A stretch of 64,000 nt of DNA from an uncultured Gammaproteobacteria bacterium (GCA_964566225.1 CAZMHV010000001.1:21963-85962); one strand, 5' to 3'; counted from the stretch's first letter, positions 8,527 through 19,116 are shown. The notes: generated by a model from the sequence alone, not told the origin. Numbers and translations are program-made.

Positions 8527-9909
8527 ATGCCTTTTTTTACAAAAAAATTATTATTTTTATATTTTTGTTTCGTTTTGTTGCTTTTTGCTACACCTGTTCA
8601 TGCTGATTATACAGACGATTCGCAGGCTGAGTTTGATGCTGGTACCCATACCAATACACAGTGGGATAGTAGTAATAACTGGCTTGAAATGAGTGCAACG
8701 GGACAGACCAATACCTTTGCTACCTATACATCCAGAATTATTGATTCAAATTCTGCAACGACGAATTGGAATACCTTTTCTTGGGTTCCTCAGTATCCCT
8801 ACTTGAAAGAACTTCCAAATTCAGGTGCAACAGAAACATCGTATACTTCTGGAAACATGAACATGAATCAAAATGTTTTGTTGTTACACCTCAACGATAC
8901 TTCTGGAGTTATCACTGATAGTTCTGGTAATTCCAATAATTTGACTAATTCAGGGGCCACTTACTCAGCTGCTGGGCAGTTCAATACAGCAATGAGTTTT
9001 AATGGAAGTTCGTCATATATGTATGTGGCTGATACGAGTAGTTTAAATGCTACCAGTTCGCTTACTGTCTCTGCCTGGTTTAAGATTTCAGCAGATCAAT
9101 CAAACTATTCAACTTTAGTAAGTAAGTTTGCAAGTGGTTCGAGTAATGGTTGGAACTTAGCGGTAGATAATGGAGCCGGCAGTGCTCGTTTTTGGGTAAA
9201 GGTTGGGGCTACAAATAAAGTAGTTACTTTTTCCAATAATCTTATTTCATTAAATGTTTGGCATAACCTTACTGGTGTGTATGATGGTTCTGCTGTAAAA
9301 ATATATTTGGATGGAGTTGAAAAAAGTACCGTAGCTGCAGCGGGGACGATTACGAACTCATCAGATAGTCTTTTGGTTGGAAGGTTATACCCGGCAACGA
9401 GTGATTTCTATTTTTCTGGGTCTATTGATGAAGTGGCTGTTTGGACAAGAGGTTTGAGTCCTACTGAGGTGTTAAATTTATATAAACGTGGGGCCTTGCG
9501 ACTTCGTCTTCAGGTTCGCAGTTGTAATGATGCTCTTTGTTCAGGAGAAAGTTTTGTTGGACAAAGTAGTTCTACTGATGCTCAATTCGAAGAACAAGAT
9601 ACAAACACAACTTCGTTACCTTCATTTAGTTTGGCAAGTGCTGTCAGTGCAAATGAATTTTTTCAATATAGGGTTGTCTATGAAACGTCAAGTTCTACTC
9701 TTACCTCAGAGTTAAAGTCAGTAACCGTAGCAACTACTGATTCAGGGGGTGGCGGAGGTGGAGACACTGCTGTTCCAGAGTTTAGTGATTTTGTATTTTT
9801 TTCGTCAGTTCTTTTTTCATTGTTCTTTTTTGTAAAAAGAATACTTCCCAAATATGCTGCGTATAGTCTTATTTTTTTGCGACGAAAATGGAAACAAAAT
9901 TTTTCCTGA
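8527..9909 (+). CDS. secreted LamG/concanavalin-like domain protein, paralog A, with VPEF + hydrophobic + basic C-terminal sorting-signal-like tail
   Basis: Signal peptide. LamG_3-like core (VSAWFK..WHNLTGVYDG..IYLDGV..SGSIDEVAVW). C-terminus GGDTAVPEFSD + TM + VKR. Confidence 0.7.
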   Translation: MPFFTKKLLFLYFCFVLLLFATPVHADYTDDSQAEFDAGTHTNTQWDSSNNWLEMSATGQTNTFATYTSRIIDSNSATTNWNTFSWVPQYPYLKELPNSGATETSYTSGNMNMNQNVLLLHLNDTSGVITDSSGNSNNLTNSGATYSAAGQFNTAMSFNGSSSYMYVADTSSLNATSSLTVSAWFKISADQSNYSTLVSKFASGSSNGWNLAVDNGAGSARFWVKVGATNKVVTFSNNLISLNVWHNLTGVYDGSAVKIYLDGVEKSTVAAAGTITNSSDSLLVGRLYPATSDFYFSGSIDEVAVWTRGLSPTEVLNLYKRGALRLRLQVRSCNDALCSGESFVGQSSSTDAQFEEQDTNTTSLPSFSLASAVSANEFFQYRVVYETSSSTLTSELKSVTVATTDSGGGGGGDTAVPEFSDFVFFSSVLFSLFFFVKRILPKYAAYSLIFLRRKWKQNFS

Positions 9910-9911
9910 AA
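9884..9911. repeat. 28-bp direct repeat copy 2
   Basis: See 8408..8435. Confidence 0.6.
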
Positions 9912-9953
9912 TAGAATGATTTCCCCGCCTGGTGGTAAATTCTCTGCTTCATA

Positions 9954-9985
9954 AAAAAAACGACTCACAAGTCGTTTTTTTATAT
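9954..9985 (+). terminator. rho-independent terminator (CGACT-CACA-AGTCG hairpin + T-run)
   Basis: Flanking A-run and T-run read directly. Confidence 0.45.
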
Positions 9986-10065
9986 TTTTGAGGCAAATTT
10001 TTTTTAGTATACGTCTATATTTTTTTCAAAAAATGTTGTATACTTATATACATAAAGTAGTAAGT

Positions 10066-11445
10066 ATGGGTGAATTAAAAAAAATTATTCTTTTTTTATA
10101 CTCAATCTTCATTGGTGTATTTTTCTTTTTTGATACTACGCAGGCTAGTTATATAGATGATACCCAATCAGAATTTGATTTGGGTACGTATGCTGACATC
10201 CAGTGGGATCAGGTAAATTCATGGTTAGAGTTGGATGCAACGGGTTTATCTACAAAAGTTGGAACCTATACCTCCAAAATTTTTGACTCTACGTATAGTT
10301 CTACGGTATGGAACACGTTGTCCTGGAGTCCACATTTTCCTTATAATAAACCACTTCCAAATTCAAACGCTACAGAGACAGCCTACTCATCTGGAAATTT
10401 TGCAATGACGAGTAATGTACTTTTATTGCATATGGATGAGTCCAGTGGAAATTTGGTTGATAGCTCTGCTTCAGGGGGAAGTTGTACTGCTTCTAATCTA
10501 GCATATGGTACCAGTGGGCGATTGTCATCAAGTATTGACTTAGAACGAACCAATTCAGCAAAGGCGAGCTGTGGCGATAGTACTGACTATTCTTTTACCA
10601 ATGGAAGTGGTACAGATTTACCGATGAGCATATGTACCTGGTTTAATTTGGAGTCAACCCAAGCTGCTGATGGTCAAGAAATTATTTCAAAGATAAGTAC
10701 TGGTGCTTACGAATGGCAGATGTTAATAGCGCCAAGTAATAGAATCAACTTTTGGGCATATGGAGGGGGTTCTAGTGCAAATTATATAGGAGGAAGATCT
10801 GATGTAAATGCGTTTACGAGTACTGGAGTATGGTATCATCTTTGTGTTACCTACAGTGGAAATGAGGCATCAAGTGGTTTTAAAATGTATTTAAATGGAA
10901 GTCAAATCAACTTTACAGGGTCTTCTGGTGGTACCTATACTGGTATGTCAAATACTGCTGCACCAGCGGTTGTCGGAGCCTTAAATATTGGAGCTGATCC
11001 CGAATACTTTGATGGAAAACTCGATGAATTAGTTGTGTTCAAAGACAGAGTACTTACTGACTCTGAGATTCTCAACATGTATAGGAGAGGAACACTCAAT
11101 CTCAAATTTCAAGTACGCAGTTGTGACGATGCTTCGTGTGTTGGTGAAAATTTTGTAGGACAGGATGGTCTTACGAGTAATTATTATGAAGAATCTGACG
11201 TCACAAGTTTGGGGCTCCCTTCATTTGATATTTCTACGGCTGTTTCTACCAATCGATATTTTCAATATAGAGTTCAATATGTGACGACCGATTCATCGTA
11301 TTCTCCTGAAATATTATCAATTACCATTGATAATACAAATGGTGGAGATACGGCTGTGCCAGAGATGAGCGATGTTTTGATATCTCTGAGTGTTGTTTTT
11401 TCTCTGTTATTTTTGAGCAGAAAAAAGTTTCTTGAGGCACAATAA
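10066..11445 (+). CDS. secreted LamG/concanavalin-like domain protein, paralog B, VPEM + TM + RKK C-terminus
   Basis: Shares long motifs with paralog A (DDTQSEFD.GT...QWD..NWLE.DATG; WNT.SW.P..PY; RSC.DA.C; YFQYRV; GGDTAVPE). Start chosen at the signal-peptide ATG. Confidence 0.7.
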   Translation: MGELKKIILFLYSIFIGVFFFFDTTQASYIDDTQSEFDLGTYADIQWDQVNSWLELDATGLSTKVGTYTSKIFDSTYSSTVWNTLSWSPHFPYNKPLPNSNATETAYSSGNFAMTSNVLLLHMDESSGNLVDSSASGGSCTASNLAYGTSGRLSSSIDLERTNSAKASCGDSTDYSFTNGSGTDLPMSICTWFNLESTQAADGQEIISKISTGAYEWQMLIAPSNRINFWAYGGGSSANYIGGRSDVNAFTSTGVWYHLCVTYSGNEASSGFKMYLNGSQINFTGSSGGTYTGMSNTAAPAVVGALNIGADPEYFDGKLDELVVFKDRVLTDSEILNMYRRGTLNLKFQVRSCDDASCVGENFVGQDGLTSNYYEESDVTSLGLPSFDISTAVSTNRYFQYRVQYVTTDSSYSPEILSITIDNTNGGDTAVPEMSDVLISLSVVFSLLFLSRKKFLEAQ

Positions 11446-11460
11446 ATATACTGTATAAAT

Positions 11461-11492
11461 AAAAAAACTCGGACAAATAGTCCGAGTTTTTT
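11461..11492. terminator. bidirectional intrinsic terminator (CTCGGAC-AAATA-GTCCGAG, A-run/T-run flanks) between the LamG gene and clpB
   Basis: Perfect 7-bp stem read directly. Confidence 0.6.
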
Positions 11493-11502
11493 AAAAGTTT
11501 CT

Positions 11503-14184
11503 TTACTTCACACTCATTACGGCCTCCCGCTTCACTTCACTCTTTTTCTTTACAATCTCTAGCACATCTTTATCAACATCAACTTTCACCGTATCACCCT
11601 CGTGAATTTTTCCTTCAATAATTTGCATGGCCAGTGGATCAAGCACTTCAGATTGCAACACACGCTTCAAAGGTCGTGCACCGAGGTCTGCATCAAAGCC
11701 TTTTTTGCCGAGCCAGTCCTTGGCGCGAGCGGTCACTTCCACCGTAATACGTTTTTCTTGCAAACGTGTCATCACGTGTTGCAATTGCAAATCCACAATT
11801 AAGCGAATTTGTTCTTGGTCGAGTGGGTGGAACATAATAATGTCGTCGATGCGGTTCAAAAATTCTGGTTTGAACTGTTCTTTCAAAGATTCCATTACTT
11901 TGCCTTTGATTTCTTTTTCATTGGCGTGTACACCTTCAACACGAGATTCACCAAATCCAAATGATCCACGTTTACTCATAGCCACAATGGCTTCTGATCC
12001 AATGTTACTGGTCATAATAATCACCGTGTTTTTGAAATTGACTTTGCGTCCTTTGCTATCAGTCAAATGTCCGTCTTCAAGAATCTGTAACATGATGTTA
12101 AACACTTCTGGGTTTGCCTTTTCAATTTCATCAAACAAAATAACAGAGTAGGGTCGTCGACGAACTTTTTCTGTGAGCTGTCCACCTTCTTCGTATCCAA
12201 CATAGCCAGGAGGGGATCCAATCAATTTTGAAACAGAATGTTTTTCCATCAGTTCACTCATGTCCACACGAATCAGCGCATCATCATCGTTGAACAAAAA
12301 TCCTGCGAGCGCGCGAGCCATTTCTGTTTTACCCACACCGGTTGGTCCCATAAAAATAAATGAACCAATCGGACGTTTTTCTTCAGATACTCCGGCACGA
12401 GATCGACGAATAGCATTACTCACCGCTTTAATCGCTTCTTCTTGCCCCACCACACGGTGTTGCAATTCTTCTTCCATCCGTGCCAATTTTTTCATGTCGT
12501 CTTCGAGCATTTTAATAACTGGAATTCCAGTCCAACGTGCTACCACCGCAGCAATATCTTGTTCTGTCACTTCTTCTTTCAAAATAGCACGGCCTTTTTG
12601 CACGTCGCCAAGTTTTTTCTCTGCATTTTTAATTTCCAATTCTTTTTGAGGAATAGCACCATAGCGAATCTCGGCAACTTTTTGAAGTTCACCACGACGT
12701 TCAGCAATTTCGGCCTCTTGTTTCAATCGGTCAATTTGCTTTTTTTGATCACGAATATTGGTAATAATTTCTTTTTCATTTTTCCAGTGCACTTCAAGTG
12801 CATTACTTTTTTCACGCAAATTTTCCAATTCTTCTTTGAGTTTTTTCAAGCGTTGTTTCGAATCTGGATCAGATTCTTTTTTGAGTGCTTGTTGTTCAAT
12901 TTCCAGTTTCATCATTTTGCGTTTCATTTTGTCGAGCTCATCTGGCATAGAGTCAATTTCCATACGCAGAGCAGACGTTGCTTCGTCGATCAAATCAATG
13001 GCTTTGTCTGGTAAAAAGCGATCAGTAATATAACGAGAAGACAATTCTACCGCGGCCACAATCGCAGGGTCAGTAATACGCACACCATGATGCACTTCAT
13101 ATTTTTCTTTGATACCACGGAGGATGGCAATGGCATCGTCCTTTGAAGGTTCAGTCACAAACACTGGCTGAAAACGTCGTTCAAACGCAGCATCTTTTTC
13201 AATATATTTTTGGTATTCTTTGAGTGTGGTTGCACCAATGGTGTGGAGTTCACCACGAGCGAGCGCAGGCTTGAGCATGTTCGATGCATCGATCGCACCC
13301 TCCGAAGAACCTGCGCCTACAATAGTATGCAACTCATCAATAAACAAAACAATTTTTCCCGCAGACTCGGTTACTTCTTTTAAAACAGCCTTGAAACGTT
13401 CTTCAAATTCACCACGGAATTTTGTTCCGGCCACGAGTGCCCCTACGTCAAGTCCAATAATTTCTTTTTCGCGTAAAGACTCGGGCACATCGCCTTTGAC
13501 AATTCGTTGTGCCAATCCTTCCACAATTGCAGTTTTACCCACGCCTGGTTCACCAATCAAAACAGGATTATTTTTGGTTCGGCGAGAGAGCACCTGCATC
13601 ACACGGCGTACTTCGTCATCGCGTCCAATCACTGGGTCAAGTTTTTCTTGACGAGCTTTTTCTGTAAAATTTTGTCCGTATTTTTCAAGCGCCTGATATT
13701 TACTTTCGGGTTCTGGTGAGTCAACGCGTTGGTTGCCACGCACTTGCACGAGCACTTTCAAAACATTGTCATAATCCACTCCCATTTTGGCAAGTAAGTC
13801 ACTAATTGGATTGTGTCCACGCAAAAAGGCGAGCAATAAATGTTCGACACTAATAAAGTCATCACCCATTTTTTTGGATTCTTCTTGGGCGTATTGCAAA
13901 ATATACATCATGGGCTGTCCCATGAGAATTTGACCAAAGCCACTGCCTGGCATGCCACCAAACTGTTTGGGCAGGGCATTAACCATGGCTTGAATGTGAT
14001 CTTCGAGCAGGGCAATATTCACATTCATTTTTTTCAAAACCGAAATCACCACGCCTTCGTCTTGTTCAAGGAGTGACAAAAACAAATGCGGTGGTTCCAC
14101 CTGCGGCTGACCATTTTCATTACTTATATGCCCAGCGCGTTGCAGGGCTTCTTGGGATTTGTGGGTAAATTGTTGTGGATTCAT
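11503..14184 (-). CDS. clpB: ATP-dependent chaperone ClpB
   Basis: Two AAA+ modules (GEPGVGKT; GPTGVGKT), long coiled-coil M-domain, Clp N-domain. Start taken at ATG (MNPQQF) rather than the upstream GTG. Confidence 0.9.
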   Translation of the reverse strand: MNPQQFTHKSQEALQRAGHISNENGQPQVEPPHLFLSLLEQDEGVVISVLKKMNVNIALLEDHIQAMVNALPKQFGGMPGSGFGQILMGQPMMYILQYAQEESKKMGDDFISVEHLLLAFLRGHNPISDLLAKMGVDYDNVLKVLVQVRGNQRVDSPEPESKYQALEKYGQNFTEKARQEKLDPVIGRDDEVRRVMQVLSRRTKNNPVLIGEPGVGKTAIVEGLAQRIVKGDVPESLREKEIIGLDVGALVAGTKFRGEFEERFKAVLKEVTESAGKIVLFIDELHTIVGAGSSEGAIDASNMLKPALARGELHTIGATTLKEYQKYIEKDAAFERRFQPVFVTEPSKDDAIAILRGIKEKYEVHHGVRITDPAIVAAVELSSRYITDRFLPDKAIDLIDEATSALRMEIDSMPDELDKMKRKMMKLEIEQQALKKESDPDSKQRLKKLKEELENLREKSNALEVHWKNEKEIITNIRDQKKQIDRLKQEAEIAERRGELQKVAEIRYGAIPQKELEIKNAEKKLGDVQKGRAILKEEVTEQDIAAVVARWTGIPVIKMLEDDMKKLARMEEELQHRVVGQEEAIKAVSNAIRRSRAGVSEEKRPIGSFIFMGPTGVGKTEMARALAGFLFNDDDALIRVDMSELMEKHSVSKLIGSPPGYVGYEEGGQLTEKVRRRPYSVILFDEIEKANPEVFNIMLQILEDGHLTDSKGRKVNFKNTVIIMTSNIGSEAIVAMSKRGSFGFGESRVEGVHANEKEIKGKVMESLKEQFKPEFLNRIDDIIMFHPLDQEQIRLIVDLQLQHVMTRLQEKRITVEVTARAKDWLGKKGFDADLGARPLKRVLQSEVLDPLAMQIIEGKIHEGDTVKVDVDKDVLEIVKKKSEVKREAVMSVK

Positions 14185-14192
14185 AGGGAATA

Positions 14193-14219
14193 TTATCACT
14201 CAATATGATAGAGTGCTAA
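14193..14219. promoter_or_regulatory. CIRCE element (HrcA operator) TTATCACTC-N9-GAGTGCTAA, immediately downstream of the clpB promoter -10
   Basis: Matches CIRCE consensus TTAGCACTC-N9-GAGTGCTAA with one mismatch. Confidence 0.7.
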
Positions 14220-14222
14220 TTT

Positions 14223-14251
14223 ACTGTACCATGCTTGAAAAAGACTGTCAA
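14223..14251 (-). promoter_or_regulatory. clpB promoter (TTGACA-17nt-TACAGT); overlaps the divergent wecG promoter TTGAAA-18-TAGTAT on the + strand
   Basis: Hexamers read on both strands. Confidence 0.5.
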
Positions 14252-14286
14252 GGTATGGTAGTATTGTAACATAATTTGGCTTATTT

Positions 14287-15060
14287 ATGGATATTTTAGG
14301 AGTTCGAGTTGACAACCTAGCCAAAAATGATGCCCTGAGCAAAGCCAGGGAGTTTTTGCAATCCACCACGCAGCACATGATTTTTACCCCCAACCCCGAA
14401 ATGATCGTCGCTGCCCAAACAGATACATACTTTCAAGAAGTTTTGCAAAAAGGGGATTTAAACCTGTGTGATGGCAAAGGTATTCAATTTGTGGCAGAGC
14501 AAAAAATTGAACGGATACCAGGAGTGGACTTCATGATTTCACTCTGTTCATTGGCAGAAAAAGAAAATACGTCTGTTTATTTACTCGGATCAGGTTTCTC
14601 CGAAGTTCTCGAAAAATGCAGACAAAATCTGCAACAACAATTTCCCAATCTTCACATAGCAGGAGTTCATCCAGGTATTCCACTCACCAACTTGTCAAAT
14701 GGGCAACTGGCCTATGATTCAGATCAAAATGATGAAATGCTCAGCAACATTATTTTGAGTTCCCCAGATATTCTTTTTGTGGCTTTTGGTCACACCAAGC
14801 AAGAAAAATGGATCTACGAAAATTTGCCTCAGCTCCCCAGTGTCAAAATTGCCATGGGAGTGGGGGGAGCGTTTGATTATATTTCAGGAAACATCTCGCG
14901 TGCCCCACAGTGGATGCAAAAGCTTGGTTTGGAGTGGCTGTATCGTCTTTTGGTGCAACCACAGCGAATAAAAAGAATGTGGAATGCCACGGCTGTATTT
15001 TTGATGATTTTTTTGAAGTCCAAGTTCAAAAGCAAATCTGGACTTGAAAAAAGTTCATAA
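14287..15060 (+). CDS. WecB/TagA/CpsF-family glycosyltransferase (UDP-N-acetyl-D-mannosaminuronic acid transferase-like)
   Basis: Family-typical length and motifs (LCDGKGIQFV...FVAFGHTKQEKWI...MGVGGAFD). Confidence 0.7.
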   Translation: MDILGVRVDNLAKNDALSKAREFLQSTTQHMIFTPNPEMIVAAQTDTYFQEVLQKGDLNLCDGKGIQFVAEQKIERIPGVDFMISLCSLAEKENTSVYLLGSGFSEVLEKCRQNLQQQFPNLHIAGVHPGIPLTNLSNGQLAYDSDQNDEMLSNIILSSPDILFVAFGHTKQEKWIYENLPQLPSVKIAMGVGGAFDYISGNISRAPQWMQKLGLEWLYRLLVQPQRIKRMWNATAVFLMIFLKSKFKSKSGLEKSS

Positions 15061-15088
15061 CCCTGATATATTGTTTTTTTAGAGAATA

Positions 15089-16576
15089 ATGCCTTCTTTT
15101 ATGGTAAAGACACGTTTTGCCCCAAGTCCTACTGGATACTTGCACGTGGGTGGTCTGCGTACCGCTCTTTTTTCATACCTCCTCGCCAAAAGTCAGGGGG
15201 GCAAGTTTTTGCTCCGCGTAGAAGATACGGACCAAGGCAGATTTGTGGAAGGCTCTATTGAAAACATGCTCGAATCTTTGGCCTGGGCAGGAATCAGTCC
15301 AGACGAAGGTGTGGTACTCGATAGTGAGGGCAAAGTAGATCAAAAAGGTGAAAATGGCTCTTACATCCAATCACAACGTCTTGATATCTACCATAAGTAT
15401 GCCAATCAACTGCTTGAAGAAGGCCACGCATACTATTGTTTTTGTACCAAAGAGCGTCTTGATGAATTGCGCAAAATGCAAGAGCTCAACAAAAAGGGAA
15501 CCGGGTATGATGGATTTTGCCGCGGTGTGTCTCTCGAAGAAGCTCGTACTCGTATTGCTGCTGGTGAAATTGCCGTGGTGCGCATGAAAATGCCTCGTGA
15601 AGGCGTGACCGAATGTCATGATTTGATTCGTGGAACCGTAGAATTTCAAAATGCATTGGTAGATGATCAGGTCCTTCTCAAGTCTGATGGATTTCCAACG
15701 TATCACTTGGCACTCGTGATTGATGATCACCACATGGAAATTACGCATGTGATTCGTGGTGAAGAATGGCTTTCATCAACTCCGAAACACATTCATTTGT
15801 ATAAATTGTTTGGTTGGGAAGCTCCACAATTTGCTCACTTGCCACTTTTGGTCAATAAAGAAAAACAAAAATTGAGTAAGCGTCATGGCGATGTAGCAGT
15901 GAAAGATTTTCAAGAAAAAGGATATCTGCCCGAAGCCATGGTGAATTTTGTGGCATTTTTGGGTTGGAACCCAGGCGACGAACGTGAAATTTTTAATTTA
16001 CAACAATTAGCACAAACTTTTTCTCTCGATCGTGCGAGTAAATCTGCGGCCGTATTTAATGAAGAGAAACTTGTGTGGTATAATAAAGAGTATATAAAAA
16101 CTTTAGATGCGGTTGATCTCGCAAAACGTGCGTTGCCATATTTAGTCAAAGCCGGACTGGTGGATCAAAGCATGGACCTTTCAAAACTTGCTGAAATTGT
16201 AGCTCTCGAAAAAGAACGCATGAACATACTTTCAGAATTACCCGAAACACTGGCCTTTGTGTTTGCGAGTGAGTTGGTCTACGAACCCGAAATGCTGATT
16301 TGGAAAAAAGATACCCAAGAAGGCAGTAAGCAAAAACTCGCGCTGGTGCAAGAAAAATTACAACAAATTGATGCTGCAAATTGGAACAAAGCATCTATCG
16401 AAGCCTTGCTCATGCCTTGGATTCAAGAAAAAGAACTCGGAACCGGAAATGTACTCTGGCCACTGCGTGTGGCACTCTCGGGTCAAAAAAATTCTCCTGG
16501 ACCATTTGAAATTGCTGGAGTGCTGGGCAAAGAAATAACGCTCAGTCGAATCAACAAAGCCATTCAAAGTCTCTAA
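15089..16576 (+). CDS. gltX: glutamyl-tRNA synthetase
   Basis: HIGH motif (PSPTGYLHVGG), KLSKR (KMSKS). Class I catalytic core and anticodon-binding domain. Confidence 0.9.
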   Translation: MPSFMVKTRFAPSPTGYLHVGGLRTALFSYLLAKSQGGKFLLRVEDTDQGRFVEGSIENMLESLAWAGISPDEGVVLDSEGKVDQKGENGSYIQSQRLDIYHKYANQLLEEGHAYYCFCTKERLDELRKMQELNKKGTGYDGFCRGVSLEEARTRIAAGEIAVVRMKMPREGVTECHDLIRGTVEFQNALVDDQVLLKSDGFPTYHLALVIDDHHMEITHVIRGEEWLSSTPKHIHLYKLFGWEAPQFAHLPLLVNKEKQKLSKRHGDVAVKDFQEKGYLPEAMVNFVAFLGWNPGDEREIFNLQQLAQTFSLDRASKSAAVFNEEKLVWYNKEYIKTLDAVDLAKRALPYLVKAGLVDQSMDLSKLAEIVALEKERMNILSELPETLAFVFASELVYEPEMLIWKKDTQEGSKQKLALVQEKLQQIDAANWNKASIEALLMPWIQEKELGTGNVLWPLRVALSGQKNSPGPFEIAGVLGKEITLSRINKAIQSL

Positions 16577-16597
16577 ACATTTTTGTTGCTTGTCACA

Positions 16598-17821
16598 ATG
16601 AAACGCCTGCCTGTCAAAATTTTACTCGCTGCAAGCCTGTGTGTTGGCCTGCTTTTTTATATTCCAACCTTTGCGGCCAACCAAGAAATTGATACTTTGC
16701 AACAAAAGATCAAAGAAAAACAAGAACGCGTTGCAGAACTTGAAAAATCTATTGCTGAATATAATAGTAAAATTAAACAAACACAGCTTCAGGCAAATAG
16801 TTTGCATAACCAACTGTCAATTTTGGATAACCGTATTAGTGAAGTACAATTGGATATTGAGGCAACCGTAAATACATTGGCAGCCATAGAATATGAGATT
16901 CAACGAGATAATCTGCTGATTGGTCAAAAAGAAGCTAGTTTAAAAAAACAAAAAAGGATGTTGGGTGAGATGCTGAGAACCATACATTATAATGATAACA
17001 AAAATTATTTAGAAATTGCTTCTAATTTTGAAAATTTTTCAGACTTTTATAATCAGGTTCAATACTTAAAAACGGTTGAAAGAGATATTTATACATCGGT
17101 GAATGCTATTCGACTCGCCAAAGAAGATTTGGAACGACAAAAAAAAGAAATGAACGATCGTAAACTTTCATACGAAAATGTAAAGTTATCACTTGATGAA
17201 AAAAAGACTGACTTCAAAGAACAGGTTGTCCTGAAGGAAGATCTTTTGGAACAAACACATCAATCTGAACTTACCTACAAAACACTTTTGGGAAGTTTAA
17301 AGTCTCAACACCAACAAATTGAAGGTGAGATCATGGGTATTGAAAAAGAAGTTCGTAAAAAGTTGGCAGAAAAAGACAAACTCAAAAATATTGACGCAGA
17401 CAATGCGGCGTTGTTTTCTTGGCCTGTACCAAGTAAAAAGGTAACTGCTTTGTTTCATGATCCAGACTATCCATATCGAAACGTTTTTGAACACAGTGGT
17501 ATTGATATTCGTGCCAGTCAGGGAACGCCTGTTCGAGCGGCTGGTTCTGGATATATTGCACAGGCCAAACGGTGTTCTGCTGCATCTTGTTATTCTTACG
17601 TCATGATTGTGCACTCAAATGGTATTTCGACACTCTATGGTCACTTAAGTGGCATTGGTGTAAAAACCGACCAATTTGTCACTCGTGGTGATGTGATTGG
17701 TTATTCGGGGGGTACTCCAGGTACGGTTGGAGCAGGTCCATTTGTAACAGGGGCACATCTTCACTTTGAAGTTCGTAAAAATGGTATTCCAACTAACCCA
17801 GCACCATTTTTGGGACAATAA
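16598..17821 (+). CDS. M23 family metallopeptidase with N-terminal signal/TM and coiled-coil (EnvC-like)
   Basis: C-terminal LytM/M23 motifs (HSGIDI..., GHLHFEVR), long coiled-coil N-half. Confidence 0.8.
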   Translation: MKRLPVKILLAASLCVGLLFYIPTFAANQEIDTLQQKIKEKQERVAELEKSIAEYNSKIKQTQLQANSLHNQLSILDNRISEVQLDIEATVNTLAAIEYEIQRDNLLIGQKEASLKKQKRMLGEMLRTIHYNDNKNYLEIASNFENFSDFYNQVQYLKTVERDIYTSVNAIRLAKEDLERQKKEMNDRKLSYENVKLSLDEKKTDFKEQVVLKEDLLEQTHQSELTYKTLLGSLKSQHQQIEGEIMGIEKEVRKKLAEKDKLKNIDADNAALFSWPVPSKKVTALFHDPDYPYRNVFEHSGIDIRASQGTPVRAAGSGYIAQAKRCSAASCYSYVMIVHSNGISTLYGHLSGIGVKTDQFVTRGDVIGYSGGTPGTVGAGPFVTGAHLHFEVRKNGIPTNPAPFLGQ

Positions 17822-17827
17822 CATTAT

Positions 17828-18964
17828 ATGGTCAAATCATCTTTTGCCGCTTCACTCAAAACGCTCCAGGGAGTGGCGTTTATTGGAGGGATTGGGGCCG
17901 GTATTTTGGGACTTCCTTTTGCTGTTGCGAAAGTAGGGCTTCCTTTGGGTATTCCCTATATCATTGGTATTGGGTTTCTCATGATGGGGATCAATTTTAT
18001 TATTGGTGAAATTGTTATTCGTTCCAAAAAGAAGTTACAGCTTGCTGGTATTGCCAAAATGTATGTGGGTTCATTTGGTGAGAGTCTCATGGTACTCCTC
18101 ACGTATAGCATGCTTTTTGGCTCGTTACTTATTTATATTGTGGGAGTGGGTCAGACACTCCAGACCCTTTTGGGAGGCAACTCTCTCAACTGGAGCATGG
18201 GATTTTTTGTAGTAGCATCTACGTGTGTGCTCATGGGCATGCAATTTATCAAAAAAATAGATATCTTTTTACTTTTTTTGCTCACACTGTGTATTAGTCT
18301 TATCATTGGAAATGGTTTTTTGCATTTACAAACAGATGCGGTGAGTTATACCAATTGGGGTAATATTTTTCTTCCGTACGGGATTCTTATTTTTGCGTAT
18401 CACACTTCTACCTCTATTCCTGAGGCTTTTGACGTGGTAGAAAAAGATCCTCGTATTTTTCGTCGTTCTATTTTTTTGGGGACACTGTTTAATATAATTA
18501 TTTACACGTTGTTTGCAATAGCCACGGTTGGAGTCATGGGACAAAGCACTACTTCCATCGCTACCATAGGACTTGGCCAAAAAATTGGTACGCATGTTTT
18601 GGTATTTGGAAATGTTTTTGCCATTATTGCTATGAGCATGTCATACCTCAATATTGCTTCATCACTTCGTGATTCACTTCGTTGGGATTTTGGCTTTGGT
18701 CATACCCCTGCTGGGGTAGTAGCCTGTATGTTGCCATTTCTTATTTTTATGGCAGGTATCCGTCAATTTATAGAGCTTATTGACCTTGTGGGGGGTGTTG
18801 TAATGAGTGTTGAGCTTTTATTACTCTTATATATTTATTGGAAGATGGAACATGCCAAGAAAAAACATACGGATTCAATTATCCACCACTCTGCTTGGCT
18901 TTTTATTGTTTTACTTCTTGCATTTTCTTTTGGCACAGTGTATAGTTTGATAAAGTTGTTTTAG
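17828..18964 (+). CDS. polytopic membrane transporter (amino-acid permease-like, about 11 TM)
   Basis: Hydrophobicity pattern and length only; family assignment is tentative. Confidence 0.45.
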   Translation: MVKSSFAASLKTLQGVAFIGGIGAGILGLPFAVAKVGLPLGIPYIIGIGFLMMGINFIIGEIVIRSKKKLQLAGIAKMYVGSFGESLMVLLTYSMLFGSLLIYIVGVGQTLQTLLGGNSLNWSMGFFVVASTCVLMGMQFIKKIDIFLLFLLTLCISLIIGNGFLHLQTDAVSYTNWGNIFLPYGILIFAYHTSTSIPEAFDVVEKDPRIFRRSIFLGTLFNIIIYTLFAIATVGVMGQSTTSIATIGLGQKIGTHVLVFGNVFAIIAMSMSYLNIASSLRDSLRWDFGFGHTPAGVVACMLPFLIFMAGIRQFIELIDLVGGVVMSVELLLLLYIYWKMEHAKKKHTDSIIHHSAWLFIVLLLAFSFGTVYSLIKLF

Positions 18965-19116
18965 AGATTATGGTGTTCGTTGTAGGTTGGTTTTAAAAGG
19001 GGAGGTCGATCGTCTTTTTACTGCTCTACAATGCCCGTTTTTTGGAAATTACCAAAAACTTCTATATTTTTTAAAACAACGGATTTTACTCAGTTGTTTT
19101 TTTGTATAAAAAAATT

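Noticed and set aside
8238-8692. Small ORFs 8238..8522 and 8483..8692 across the ferredoxin/LamG intergenic region
   Set aside because: They overlap a better-supported gene and its promoter/5' hairpin (ATGAGA-AAAA-TCTCAT at 8505-8521). Translations are low-complexity.
11602-14076. Plus-strand ORFs inside clpB (11627..12151, 12442..13014, 13220..13651 etc.) and similar antisense ORFs inside recQ, the M3 peptidase, gltX and the giant helicase
   Set aside because: They are internal antisense ORFs of long, well-supported genes with low-complexity translations.
18965-19116. Looked for a SAM riboswitch upstream of metK
   Set aside because: No SAM-I/SAM-II-like conserved core was seen. The leader is AT-rich without the characteristic paired elements.
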